The notes under the pieces are model-generated. The model saw only the letters and a program-made list of their open reading frames with translations. It did no database searches and was not told the origin of the DNA. DNA of 37,625 nt from an uncultured archaeon (GTDB taxonomy: Archaea > Nanohalarchaeota > Nanosalinia > Nanosalinales > Nanohalalkaliarchaeaceae), in NCBI GenBank assembly GCA_964575915.1, contig CAZNTD010000003.1, forward strand, positions 1 through 37,625, read 5' to 3'. Each line of letters starts with the position of its first letter. Position 1 is the stretch's first letter. The position numbers were made by a program, and so were the translations under genes. Below, in pieces: positions 1 through 6,375 of this stretch.

Positions 1-211
1 CCATGAAGTTCTGCTTCCAGTCGTCGCCGTACAGGTCCTTCGCCAGCGCGATGGCGCTCGTGGTCTTCCCCGTCCCTGCCGGACCGGCGAACAGCATGTG
101 GGGCACGCTCTCCTTCTCCACGAACGCGGACAGCCGGTCCACGATGTTGTCGTGGCCGATGACATCGTCCAGCGCATCCGGCCGGTACTTCTCTGTCCAG
201 ACTTCTATCAT
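1..211 (-). CDS. rfc: Replication factor C small subunit, N-terminal part (gene runs off the window start)
   Basis: Reverse-strand translation from the ATG at 211-209 gives MIEVWTEKYRPDALDDVIGHDNIVDRLSAFVEKESVPHMLFAGPAGTGKTTSAIALAKDLYGDDWKQNFM. It has the KYRP box and Walker A GPAGTGKT typical of RFC/clamp loader. It is absent from the ORF track because there is no stop inside the window. A TATA-like element (rc CATTTAAGAGT, 231-241) lies about 25 nt upstream. Confidence 0.85.
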   Translation of the reverse strand, partial: MIEVWTEKYRPDALDDVIGHDNIVDRLSAFVEKESVPHMLFAGPAGTGKTTSAIALAKDLYGDDWKQNFM

Positions 212-260
212 GCCCTGAACTGCCGCTGCCACTCTTAAATGTCTGACCGGCACCGGAAGG

Positions 261-270
261 ACTTAAAATA
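261..270 (+). promoter_or_regulatory. TATA-like box for the 292 gene (leaderless-type spacing)
   Basis: ACTTAAAATA is an AT-rich island in a GC-rich context, about 25 nt upstream of the ATG at 292. Confidence 0.5.
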
Positions 271-291
271 GTCACTGTGTCATAGCGACAC

Positions 292-1008
292 ATGGCTGGC
301 GCATCGCTCCGTGAATGGTACGATGGCGGGGAACCGCTGGACGGCGGCAGACAGAGCTCCGTCAGGCGGAGCGGCGACCGCGTCTACAAGGAACTGAACG
401 GCAACGTCATCGCGGACCTGTTCGGCGTCTACAAGCGCCTCGGCGGCGAGGAGCCGCGGCTCTCCGCGGAGGAGCGCGCCCGGTACGAGGAGATGTCCGA
501 TGACCGGCTCGCGGCCGTCGACATCCCCGCACCCTACGTCATGGACCGGGACGGCACCACGCTCGAGGAGGAGTACATCCCCGGGCCGACGCTCGACGCG
601 TACCTCGCGGACCTCGACCCCGTGGGCGACGCCGCCGATATCCGCTCCGCTGGCGCCACCGTCGGCCGGTACATGCGGGACATGCACGATGCGGACCTCG
701 CCCGGCTCGATACCATCATGGAGAACATCGTCGTCGACACCGGCGGGTTCACTGGCGACGACGCCCTCACCTACATCGACAACGAGATGCTCGTCCCCGA
801 CGCGACCCCGCGCGACCGGGAGATCGAGCAGATCATCTTCCTCTCCAACATCCGCACGCTCGACGCCCCGACCCACGACGTCCTCCGGGACGGGTTCGAG
901 GAGGCGTACGGCGAACCCATCGCGCCACGGGTCGAGCGCCGCGCCCGTGCCCACGCCGCGGTCGCGCCGACGCTCTTCGCTATCTCCGACCGGCTCGCCG
1001 GCCGATGA
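292..1008 (+). CDS. Protein-kinase-like fold protein (Bud32/RIO/aminoglycoside-phosphotransferase-like), function uncertain
   Basis: 238-aa acidic ORF with a promoter-like TATA upstream. Kinase-like segments are EEEYIPGPTLDAYL (hinge-like), ARLDTIMENIVVD (catalytic-loop-like D..N) and YIDNEM (DFG-equivalent). The overlapping alternative-frame ORFs are Arg/Pro-rich junk. Confidence 0.6.
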   Translation: MAGASLREWYDGGEPLDGGRQSSVRRSGDRVYKELNGNVIADLFGVYKRLGGEEPRLSAEERARYEEMSDDRLAAVDIPAPYVMDRDGTTLEEEYIPGPTLDAYLADLDPVGDAADIRSAGATVGRYMRDMHDADLARLDTIMENIVVDTGGFTGDDALTYIDNEMLVPDATPRDREIEQIIFLSNIRTLDAPTHDVLRDGFEEAYGEPIAPRVERRARAHAAVAPTLFAISDRLAGR

Positions 1009-1017
1009 TTTTTAAAC
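1007..1017 (+). promoter_or_regulatory. TATA-like box for the adenylate kinase gene
   Basis: GATTTTTAAAC lies about 28 nt upstream of the ATG at 1040. Confidence 0.5.
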
Positions 1018-1039
1018 GGTCCCTGCCCGTCCTGGATAC

Positions 1040-1567
1040 ATGATCATCGCCGTCACCGGGACCCCGGGGACCGGGAAGTCGAGCGTGGCCGTGGAGCTCG
1101 CGCGCCGCCTCGACCACGAACTGGTCGACATCAACGCGTTCGTCGACCACGACGACATCGAGACCATGCGCGACCCCGCCCGCGACACGACCGCCATCGA
1201 CACGGACACGCTCGTCGGCATCCTCCAGCGCGAGGTCCCCGGCGACGCGGTCATCGACGGCCACCTAGCCCACCACTTCCCGGCCGACCTCACCGTCGTC
1301 CTCCGCTGCGCCCCCGATGAGCTTGCTTCACGGCTCGAGGGGAAGGGGTGGAGCGACGACAAGATCCAGGAGAACGTGGAGGCCGAGGCGCTCGACCTCA
1401 TCCTCCAGGAGGCCGTCACGGAGCGGCACCGGGTCGCGGAGATCGACACCACCGGGAAGGAGCCCGGCGAGGTCGCAGCCATCATCGCGTCCTTCGCGGA
1501 CGGCGACGTTCCGGGCGAATACCTGCCCGGCCACGTCGACTGGACGGACGCGTTCTTCGACGCCTAG
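1040..1567 (+). CDS. Putative adenylate kinase / NTPase of the AK6 (Fap7) family
   Basis: N-terminal P-loop MIIAVTGTPGTGKSS, about 175 aa, with the archaeal Fap7/AK6-like layout (DGHLAHHF...VLRC.P..L..RL). Its stop overlaps the convergent gene's stop in the CTAG at 1564-1567. Confidence 0.85.
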   Translation: MIIAVTGTPGTGKSSVAVELARRLDHELVDINAFVDHDDIETMRDPARDTTAIDTDTLVGILQREVPGDAVIDGHLAHHFPADLTVVLRCAPDELASRLEGKGWSDDKIQENVEAEALDLILQEAVTERHRVAEIDTTGKEPGEVAAIIASFADGDVPGEYLPGHVDWTDAFFDA

Positions 1568-2025
1568 AGCGCCGCCATGATGCGCTCCAGCCGGTCCGCG
1601 TCCTCGATATCCCTGTCACGGCCCACCTGCCGCTTCTTCTCGGCGAAGAGGCCCGGGGGCGGCACCCGCACCGTAAGGTTGTCGAACCCGTCAACCTTCT
1701 CGCTGTATCCGGTGGAATCAAGGAGTTCGACCGCATTTTCGTTCACCAGGAGGTCGGCGTCACGCCTCGGATCGTCCGACAGGTGGATGGATCCGGAGCC
1801 CCCGAACGCGGTGCCGTACCGCTGCGCCAGCGCGAGATCATCCGGGTCCCGCAGCAGCACGTCCACGTCGTCCGTCTCCCGGTACGTCTCGTCGACACCC
1901 GCCTGCTCCCCGTAGTACATCACCACGGCCTGCCCGTCGAGGTACGCGTCCACGTGCCGGCCGTCCTCTCCCGCGAGGTCGTCCAGGCGCTGCAGACCAT
2001 CGTACATGTCGCTCCACGAGTCCAT
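1564..2025 (-). CDS. Small nucleotidyltransferase-fold protein, paralog 2 of a coupled pair
   Basis: Internal ATG at 2025-2023 of the long track ORF 1564..2619. The 153-aa product starts MDSWSDMYDGLQRLDDLAGEDGRHVDAYLDGQAVVMYYGEQAGVDETYRETDDVDVLL. The G..HG...R-x-T-D-D-x-D pattern is typical of Pol-beta-type NTases, and the C-terminal GRDRDIEDADRL is present. The part of the long ORF upstream of this ATG is Arg/Gly-rich junk. Confidence 0.65.
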   Translation of the reverse strand: MDSWSDMYDGLQRLDDLAGEDGRHVDAYLDGQAVVMYYGEQAGVDETYRETDDVDVLLRDPDDLALAQRYGTAFGGSGSIHLSDDPRRDADLLVNENAVELLDSTGYSEKVDGFDNLTVRVPPPGLFAEKKRQVGRDRDIEDADRLERIMAAL

Positions 2026-2528
2026 CAGGCGATCACCTCCGCATCCCCGAGCAGCTCCCGGACCTCCGCCATCCGCTCGATGTCGTCGAGATCCTTCGGT
2101 CGCTTCTGCTCGTTGTATACCCGGTGCTTGTCCCGCGTGAAGAACTCGGGCGACGGCACGTGCACCCGGAGGTTGTCGAGGCCCGCGATGCGCTCCGTGT
2201 TGCCCCGCTCCTCCTCGGCGATGAGTTCGTCCGCCATCGCGTGCTCCATCAGCACGTCGACGTACCGGCCGTGGTCGACCTCCAGGCGCGTCCCGGTGAG
2301 GCCGAACCCGCTGCCGTACGCCTCCGACAGGTCGAACGCGGCCTCCGCGTCCGGCACCACGATGTCCGCGTCGTCCGTGTCCCGGTAGTCGATGTCCGCG
2401 CCGGCCTGCTCGCCGTGGTACATCAGCACGGCCTGGCCGACGAGGTACGCGTCGGTCTCGCGCCCCATATCCGCCATCTCGCGGTCCACGTCCGCCAGGG
2501 TGTCCCGCATCTCCGCGTACGAATCCAT
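2025..2528 (-). CDS. Small nucleotidyltransferase-fold protein, paralog 1 of a coupled pair
   Basis: 167-aa acidic ORF MDSYAEMRDTLADVDREMADMGRETDAYLVGQAVLMYHGEQAGADIDYRDTDDADIVV...KRPKDLDDIERM. It is clearly paralogous to 1564..2025. Its TGA shares one nucleotide with the downstream ATG (TGATG at 2027-2023). A TATA-like element (rc CTTTATATTTATC) lies about 25 nt upstream. Confidence 0.65.
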   Translation of the reverse strand: MDSYAEMRDTLADVDREMADMGRETDAYLVGQAVLMYHGEQAGADIDYRDTDDADIVVPDAEAAFDLSEAYGSGFGLTGTRLEVDHGRYVDVLMEHAMADELIAEEERGNTERIAGLDNLRVHVPSPEFFTRDKHRVYNEQKRPKDLDDIERMAEVRELLGDAEVIA

Positions 2529-2581
2529 GTGTTACTATTGTAAAGTGATAAATATAAAGCCTCCGGTGCGCCCCGTGTAAC

Positions 2582-2592
2582 CTATTTAAAAC
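2582..2592 (+). promoter_or_regulatory. TATA-like box for rpl40e
   Basis: CTATTTAAAAC lies about 25 nt upstream of the ATG at 2613. Confidence 0.5.
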
Positions 2593-2612
2593 TTGCTCGG
2601 GCCTCCTCTCCC

Positions 2613-2777
2613 ATGGCACGATCAGAGGCGGCGGATTCCCGCATCTTCGACAACGTCTACATCTGCATGAAGTGCAACGCCCGCAACCGGGTCTCCGACC
2701 CGGAGGACGCCAAGTGCCGGAAGTGCGGCTACGACGGGCTCCGCCCCAAGCACAAGGACATCAAGACGTCCGGGTAG
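2613..2777 (+). CDS. rpl40e: 50S ribosomal protein L40e
   Basis: 54-aa ORF below the track cutoff: [54 protein letters not shown]. It carries the C-x2-C...C-x2-C zinc ribbon and the ICMKCNARN signature of archaeal L40e. Confidence 0.9.
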   Translation: MARSEAADSRIFDNVYICMKCNARNRVSDPEDAKCRKCGYDGLRPKHKDIKTSG

Positions 2778-2812
2778 ACACCTTTTAATCCCGGCGCGCC
2801 CCACACGGCACC

Positions 2813-3994
2813 ATGCCCCACGTTACGGTCATCGGCGGCGGCATCACCGGCACCTCGGTCGCCCGCGACCTCGCGATGCGCGGCTGCGACATCACCCTTC
2901 TCGACCAGGGCAGCCTCGCCACCGGGACCACCGGCCACTCCCACGGCCTCCTCCACTCCGGCGCCCGGTACGCCGACCAGGACCCCGACGTCGCCCGGGA
3001 GTGCATCGCGGAGAACCGCACCCTGAAACGCATCGCCCCGCACTGCATCCGCGACACCGGCGGCTGCTTCGTCGCCACCCCCGGCGACCCTGACGGCTAC
3101 CCTGCCACGAAGCGGGAGGCGTGCCGCGACGCCGGCATCCCGGTCCAGGACGACCCCGCCCTCCCGGACGCGGTGGCGGACGACATCACCGACGCGTTCC
3201 GGGTGCCGGACGCGACCGTCCACCCCGCCGCCCTCACCGCCGCCACCGCCCTGTCCGCCCGCAGCTACGGCGCCACGATCCGCACCGGCACCGCTGCCAC
3301 CGGCATCGAGACCGACGGCGGCCGGGTCACCGGCGTCACCGCCACGCAGGGAAGCGGCACCACGACCATCGCCACCGACCACGTCGTCAACGCCGCCGGG
3401 CCGTGGGCCGGCCGGGTCGCCGCCCTCGCCGACGAACAGGTCCCGCTCGCGCTCAGCGCCGGGACCATGGCCACCGTCGCCCTGCCCCTCCCGGTCACGG
3501 TCAACCGGTGCCGCCCACCTGCGACCGGCGACATCGCCGTGGCACACGGCGACGCGGCCGTCCTCGGCACCACCAGCACCCCGGTCGACGACCCCGACGC
3601 ACCCGCACCCGGTGCAGATGTGGAGGAGGCGGTCGCCACGCTCCGCCGCGAACTCGCCCCCGTCCTCCCCGCCGCCCGCGACACCGCCCTCATCGACACC
3701 TACCGCGGCATCCGCCCCCTCTACGCCCCGGCGGATGCCGCCGGCGACCGGTCCACCTCCCGTCACCACGCCGTCATCCGGCACGGCGACGGGTTCACGT
3801 CCATCATCGGCGGCAAGCTGACCACCGCCCGGCTGATGGCGGAAGACACGGCCGACGCGGTCTGCGACGCCCTGGACATCACCGCCGCGTGTGCCACCGC
3901 CGACGAGCCGCTGCCCGGCCACGACGACCCGTCCATCCTGGCCGACGCCGCGGCCACGCTCGCGGCCGACAGCCCCGCGGAACCGGGGCGGTGA
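2813..3994 (+). CDS. FAD-dependent oxidoreductase (glycerol-3-phosphate dehydrogenase / DAO family-like)
   Basis: N-terminal dinucleotide-binding motif VTVIGGGITGTSVARDLAMRG, then GHSHGLLHSGARY as in GlpA/GlpD-type enzymes. 393 aa. The antisense 525-aa ORF is Gly/Arg junk. Confidence 0.8.
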   Translation: MPHVTVIGGGITGTSVARDLAMRGCDITLLDQGSLATGTTGHSHGLLHSGARYADQDPDVARECIAENRTLKRIAPHCIRDTGGCFVATPGDPDGYPATKREACRDAGIPVQDDPALPDAVADDITDAFRVPDATVHPAALTAATALSARSYGATIRTGTAATGIETDGGRVTGVTATQGSGTTTIATDHVVNAAGPWAGRVAALADEQVPLALSAGTMATVALPLPVTVNRCRPPATGDIAVAHGDAAVLGTTSTPVDDPDAPAPGADVEEAVATLRRELAPVLPAARDTALIDTYRGIRPLYAPADAAGDRSTSRHHAVIRHGDGFTSIIGGKLTTARLMAEDTADAVCDALDITAACATADEPLPGHDDPSILADAAATLAADSPAEPGR

Positions 3995-4019
3995 CGGCCC
4001 GCGGAGCGCCCGCTGAACG

Positions 4020-4029
4020 CTTTTATATC
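4020..4029 (+). promoter_or_regulatory. TATA-like box for tRNA-Thr
   Basis: CTTTTATATC lies about 28 nt upstream of tRNA position 1 (4054). Confidence 0.5.
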
Positions 4030-4053
4030 TTTCAACCGCATGGGGGGCCACGT

Positions 4054-4296
4054 GCCCTGTTGGCCTAGTCGGTAAGGCACGTCCTTGGTACGCCTGCCGC
4101 GGCAGGCTGCGCGCACGATTCCGGCGGGAATCGTGCTTTAACACCGTCCTGTGGACGGTGTGGAACGCGGGCCACCTCCGGTGGCCTCCACGCCTCGCGC
4201 CGCTCGGCGCGGAACCTGTTGCGGCTGGAGGAAATCGCATCAGCGGTTTTCGACCCGAAGAGGACGAGACCCCGGGTTCGAATCCCGGACAGGGCT
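4054..4296 (+). tRNA. tRNA-Thr (anticodon GGU) interrupted by a 170-nt intron at the canonical 37/38 position
   Basis: Hand-folded cloverleaf:
- acceptor GCCCTGT (4054-4060) / ACAGGGC (4289-4295), discriminator T at 4296;
- D arm GCCT-AGTCGGTA-AGGC;
- anticodon stem CGTCC (4080-4084) / GGACG (4262-4266);
- spliced anticodon loop TTGGTA+A;
- variable loop AGACC;
- T arm CCGGG-TTCGAAT-CCCGG.
Bulge-helix-bulge: the central helix pairs TTGG (4085-4088) with CCGA (4255-4258), and the 3-nt bulges are TA|C and AG|A. Confidence 0.75.
4091..4260 (+). ncRNA. tRNA-Thr intron with five consecutive perfect GC-rich hairpins
   Basis: Five hairpins read directly from the sequence:
- 4092-4107: GCCTGCC/GGCAGGC;
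- 4113-4136: 10-bp stem GCACGATTCC/GGAATCGTGC;
- 4142-4160: CACCGTCC/GGACGGTG;
- 4170-4186: GGCCACC/GGTGGCC;
- 4196-4211: CGCGCC/GGCGCG.
No box C (RUGAUGA) or box D (CUGA) pair was found. Confidence 0.6.
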
Positions 4297-4333
4297 TAGA
4301 AGCCATCCTTCTTCCGGAGTTGCGGGCTCGTGT

Positions 4334-5125
4334 TCATTTCCCGCCCGCGAACCGGTTCCGTCGGCCGTTCTGCCCCTTCGGCAGCGTGTTGGTCCGCAGG
4401 TAGTGGTCGGCGATGAGCGCGGCCTCCACGTCCTTCAGCCGGCCGGGGAGCGGGGCGACGCTGACCCGTGCGTCCGGTCCGAACGCTGATTCGTGCTTGA
4501 TGAGGCGGTTGGCGACGTTGGTGCTCTTCCCGATGTACGCCAGCGGCGGAGTGAACCCGGGATACCAGATGCGGTAGACCACCCGGTCGTGGGCGATGGC
4601 GGTCCGGTCGCGGAGCGGGATGGGCTCGGTCCAGTCCAGCCCCAGCCAGTCCGTCCCGGTCATCCCGCCCGCCTCCCGGTCCAGGTCGAGCGGGTCCGCC
4701 CCCACCGACCGGTCGCAGTTGACGGTCGGGGTGTGCCCGGTCGCCCGGAGATGCGCGTCGAACATGACGTGTTCCAGTCCGATGCGGTCGGTCTCCGACC
4801 GGGCGATGGGCGGGGTGGCGTACGACACCTCGTACCGGCCGCCGTCCTCCACCAGTTCCCAGAGGTGTTCGGCGGACGCCTGCGAGTACCGCGGCCGGTC
4901 CTCGCCGGACACCCGGTTCGCGAGGTGGCCGAGCCGGTCGTGCAGGTTCACGGTCTGCCCCGCGTAGTCCAGGCCGTCCCCGTTCACCCGGCACACCCGG
5001 AACAGGCCGGGCGCGGCCGGGATCTCCGCCATCTTCCCGGTCCCGGGGGAGAGCAGCCGCCAGTCCGCCCAGTCGAACCCGAGCCAGCCCTCGCCGGTCA
5101 CGTCCGCCGCGTCCACGAGCCGCAT
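4334..5125 (-). CDS. Hypothetical protein with two GIY-YIG-like nuclease motifs
   Basis: 263-aa ORF. The N-terminal half has GLFRVCRVNGDGLDYAGQTVNLHDRLGHL. The C-terminal half has VVYRIWYPGFTPPLAYIGKSTNVANRLIKHE. Both follow the GIY...YIG...R..H pattern. A TATA-like element (rc GATTAATAG) lies about 25 nt upstream of the ATG at 5125. Confidence 0.6.
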   Translation of the reverse strand: MRLVDAADVTGEGWLGFDWADWRLLSPGTGKMAEIPAAPGLFRVCRVNGDGLDYAGQTVNLHDRLGHLANRVSGEDRPRYSQASAEHLWELVEDGGRYEVSYATPPIARSETDRIGLEHVMFDAHLRATGHTPTVNCDRSVGADPLDLDREAGGMTGTDWLGLDWTEPIPLRDRTAIAHDRVVYRIWYPGFTPPLAYIGKSTNVANRLIKHESAFGPDARVSVAPLPGRLKDVEAALIADHYLRTNTLPKGQNGRRNRFAGGK

Positions 5126-5164
5126 ACACCCCGTATTGTCGCCGCGGCTATTAATCGGTTCGCC

Positions 5165-5323
5165 CTACACGCGGCCGGTCCACCGCAGGAACGTTTCCAT
5201 CCCCATGATGATGGCGGCGACGACCAGTCCGAGCAGCAGCGGGTCGTACGTCCCGGCGTAGGACGCCGCGACGATCGGGAGGACCCCGAGGTAGAAGACG
5301 TGGCGGAGGGAGATGCGGCTCAT
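5165..5323 (-). CDS. Small membrane protein (about 52 aa, two hydrophobic segments)
   Basis: Internal ATG of track ORF 5165..5410: MSRISLRHVFYLGVLPIVAASYAGTYDPLLLGLVVAAIIMGMETFLRWTGRV. The ATG overlaps the stop of an upstream mini zinc-ribbon ORF (ATGA). Confidence 0.4.
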   Translation of the reverse strand: MSRISLRHVFYLGVLPIVAASYAGTYDPLLLGLVVAAIIMGMETFLRWTGRV

Positions 5324-5424
5324 CGGTTCCGCGGCTTCCTGCAGTGGAGACACATCGGCATGTTTTTCCGCAGCAGGTACCGGTCGTCGTCGGCCCCGCA
5401 GTGGATGCATTCGACCGCCGCCAT
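5320..5424 (-). CDS. Candidate zinc-ribbon micro-protein (34 aa)
   Basis: Not in the track (<60 aa). Translation: MAAVECIHCGADDDRYLLRKNMPMCLHCRKPRNR, with two C-x2-C pairs. Its stop TGA overlaps the ATG of the downstream membrane ORF. A TATA-like element (rc GGTTAAAGCG, 5448-5457) lies about 25-30 nt upstream. Confidence 0.4.
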   Translation of the reverse strand: MAAVECIHCGADDDRYLLRKNMPMCLHCRKPRNR

Positions 5425-5495
5425 GCCCCTCACCGCGCGGCCCACGCTTTAACCGGTTACGGTCACGGGACTATTTAAGGCGCGAGCGTCCATCC

Positions 5496-5720
5496 ATGTC
5501 CACCATGGGAGCAGTCACACGTGCGCTGACGGACCTCGTGGCGAACACGGTCGCCTTCGTGGTGCTCATCATCCTGGGCGTCATCGGCTTCTACTTCACC
5601 GTCTTCGTGGTGGCATCGGGAGCCGGGATGGCCGGGTTCACCCCGAGCGGCGACTTCGTCGTCCTGTCCGCAGCGCTCATCGTCTCGGCATCGATCGTCG
5701 GGGGCACGTACTTCGACTGA
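5496..5720 (+). CDS. Small membrane protein (74 aa)
   Basis: Internal ATG of track ORF 5313..5720: MSTMGAVTRALTDLVANTVAFVVLIILGVIGFYFTVFVVASGAGMAGFTPSGDFVVLSAALIVSASIVGGTYFD. A TATA-like CTATTTAAGG (5471-5480) lies about 20 nt upstream. Confidence 0.5.
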   Translation: MSTMGAVTRALTDLVANTVAFVVLIILGVIGFYFTVFVVASGAGMAGFTPSGDFVVLSAALIVSASIVGGTYFD

Positions 5721-5746
5721 TACGCCCCCGGATTTTCCTATTATTC

Positions 5747-5881
5747 TCACCCTGGAACGGTGTACTCCCGCGATCTCCGCCGTGTCACGAAGTAGTACGC
5801 GATGGCGCCGAACAGCAGGATGAGGATGATGAGCAGGATGATGGCGCCGACGAACACGAGCGGGTCGGGACCCTGCGTCAC
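5747..5881 (-). CDS. Possible single-pass membrane micro-protein (44 aa, GTG start)
   Basis: VTQGPDPLVFVGAIILLIILILLFGAIAYYFVTRRRSREYTVPG has one clean TM helix followed by a basic tail. The GTG overlaps the NUDIX gene stop (GTGA at 5881-5878). The rest of track ORF 5747..6127 is Arg/Gly junk. Confidence 0.35.
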   Translation of the reverse strand: MTQGPDPLVFVGAIILLIILILLFGAIAYYFVTRRRSREYTVPG

Positions 5882-6324
5882 GGCACCATCCCCTCCACCG
5901 CCCGGAACGACGCCGTGAGGTCGTCGAACGGCAGCATCCCTGCCACGTTTTCCCGGTCCACCCACCGTATCTCCGCGATCTCGCCGCCCGGCCCGGGCCG
6001 TGCCGTGTCCGGCCGTGGGTCCGCGCCGTCCCGCACCCGGGCCACGACGACGCGCTTCTCCTGCCCCTCGGTCTCCCGGACTGACGGATCCGGCCAGGGA
6101 TGCCGGTGCACCACGTCCGTCACGCACACCTCCGCCATGTCGCCACGGGCCAGCCCGAGCTCCTCGTCCATCTCCCTGGAGAACGCGTCCCGGACCGATT
6201 CACCGTCCTCCAGTCCGCCACCAGGGAACAGCCACTCGTCGTCTGGCCGACCGGATTTCCGCACCAGCACCACCTCCCCGTCCCGGTGGAGCACCCCGAG
6301 GACGCCATGCCGTAGCGTGTCCAT
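5878..6324 (-). CDS. NUDIX hydrolase
   Basis: Nudix box GGGLEDGESVRDAFSREMDEELGL. 148 aa. A TATA-like element (rc GTTTTTAACA, 6346-6355) lies about 25 nt upstream. Confidence 0.85.
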   Translation of the reverse strand: MDTLRHGVLGVLHRDGEVVLVRKSGRPDDEWLFPGGGLEDGESVRDAFSREMDEELGLARGDMAEVCVTDVVHRHPWPDPSVRETEGQEKRVVVARVRDGADPRPDTARPGPGGEIAEIRWVDRENVAGMLPFDDLTASFRAVEGMVP

Positions 6325-6375
6325 ACCGCTCCCTGCGTCAGCGATGTTAAAAACCGTTCCGGCCGCTCCGCCACG

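Noticed and set aside
3-218. 71-aa plus-strand ORF at the window start.
   Set aside because: The reverse strand reads as a perfect RFC small-subunit N-terminus with a Walker A motif. The plus-strand product is Ser/Pro-rich with no features.
1564-2619. Full-length 351-aa reading of the track ORF on the minus strand.
   Set aside because: Its N-terminal about 200 aa are Arg/Gly junk overlapping the real 2025..2528 gene in another frame. Only the part from the ATG at 2025 resembles its paralog.
4091-4260. Box C/D guide RNA inside the tRNA intron, by analogy with the haloarchaeal tRNA-Trp intron.
   Set aside because: No RUGAUGA or CUGA box pair was found on the sense strand. Only a weak UGAUGC-like string appears on the antisense strand.
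4085-4266. Alternative splice reading of the interrupted tRNA as tRNA-Phe, joining TT(G) to (G)AAGA to give a GAA anticodon.
   Set aside because: It would need a non-canonical intron position (33/34 or 34/35). The canonical 37/38 reading gives a proper 4-bp central helix with two 3-nt bulges, and A37 fits a Thr tRNA.
2729-4306. 525-aa minus-strand ORF spanning the FAD oxidoreductase gene and running into the tRNA-Thr locus.
   Set aside because: Its Gly/Arg/Pro/Ala-rich, basic composition is typical of antisense frames in high-GC DNA. The plus-strand ORF has real FAD-binding motifs, and the minus ORF also crosses a tRNA.
4296-5129. 277-aa alternative-frame ORF overlapping the GIY-YIG gene.
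   Set aside because: It is an extremely Arg/Pro/Gly-rich basic product. The 4334..5125 frame has the normal acidic composition, the GIY-YIG motifs and a correctly spaced TATA-like box.
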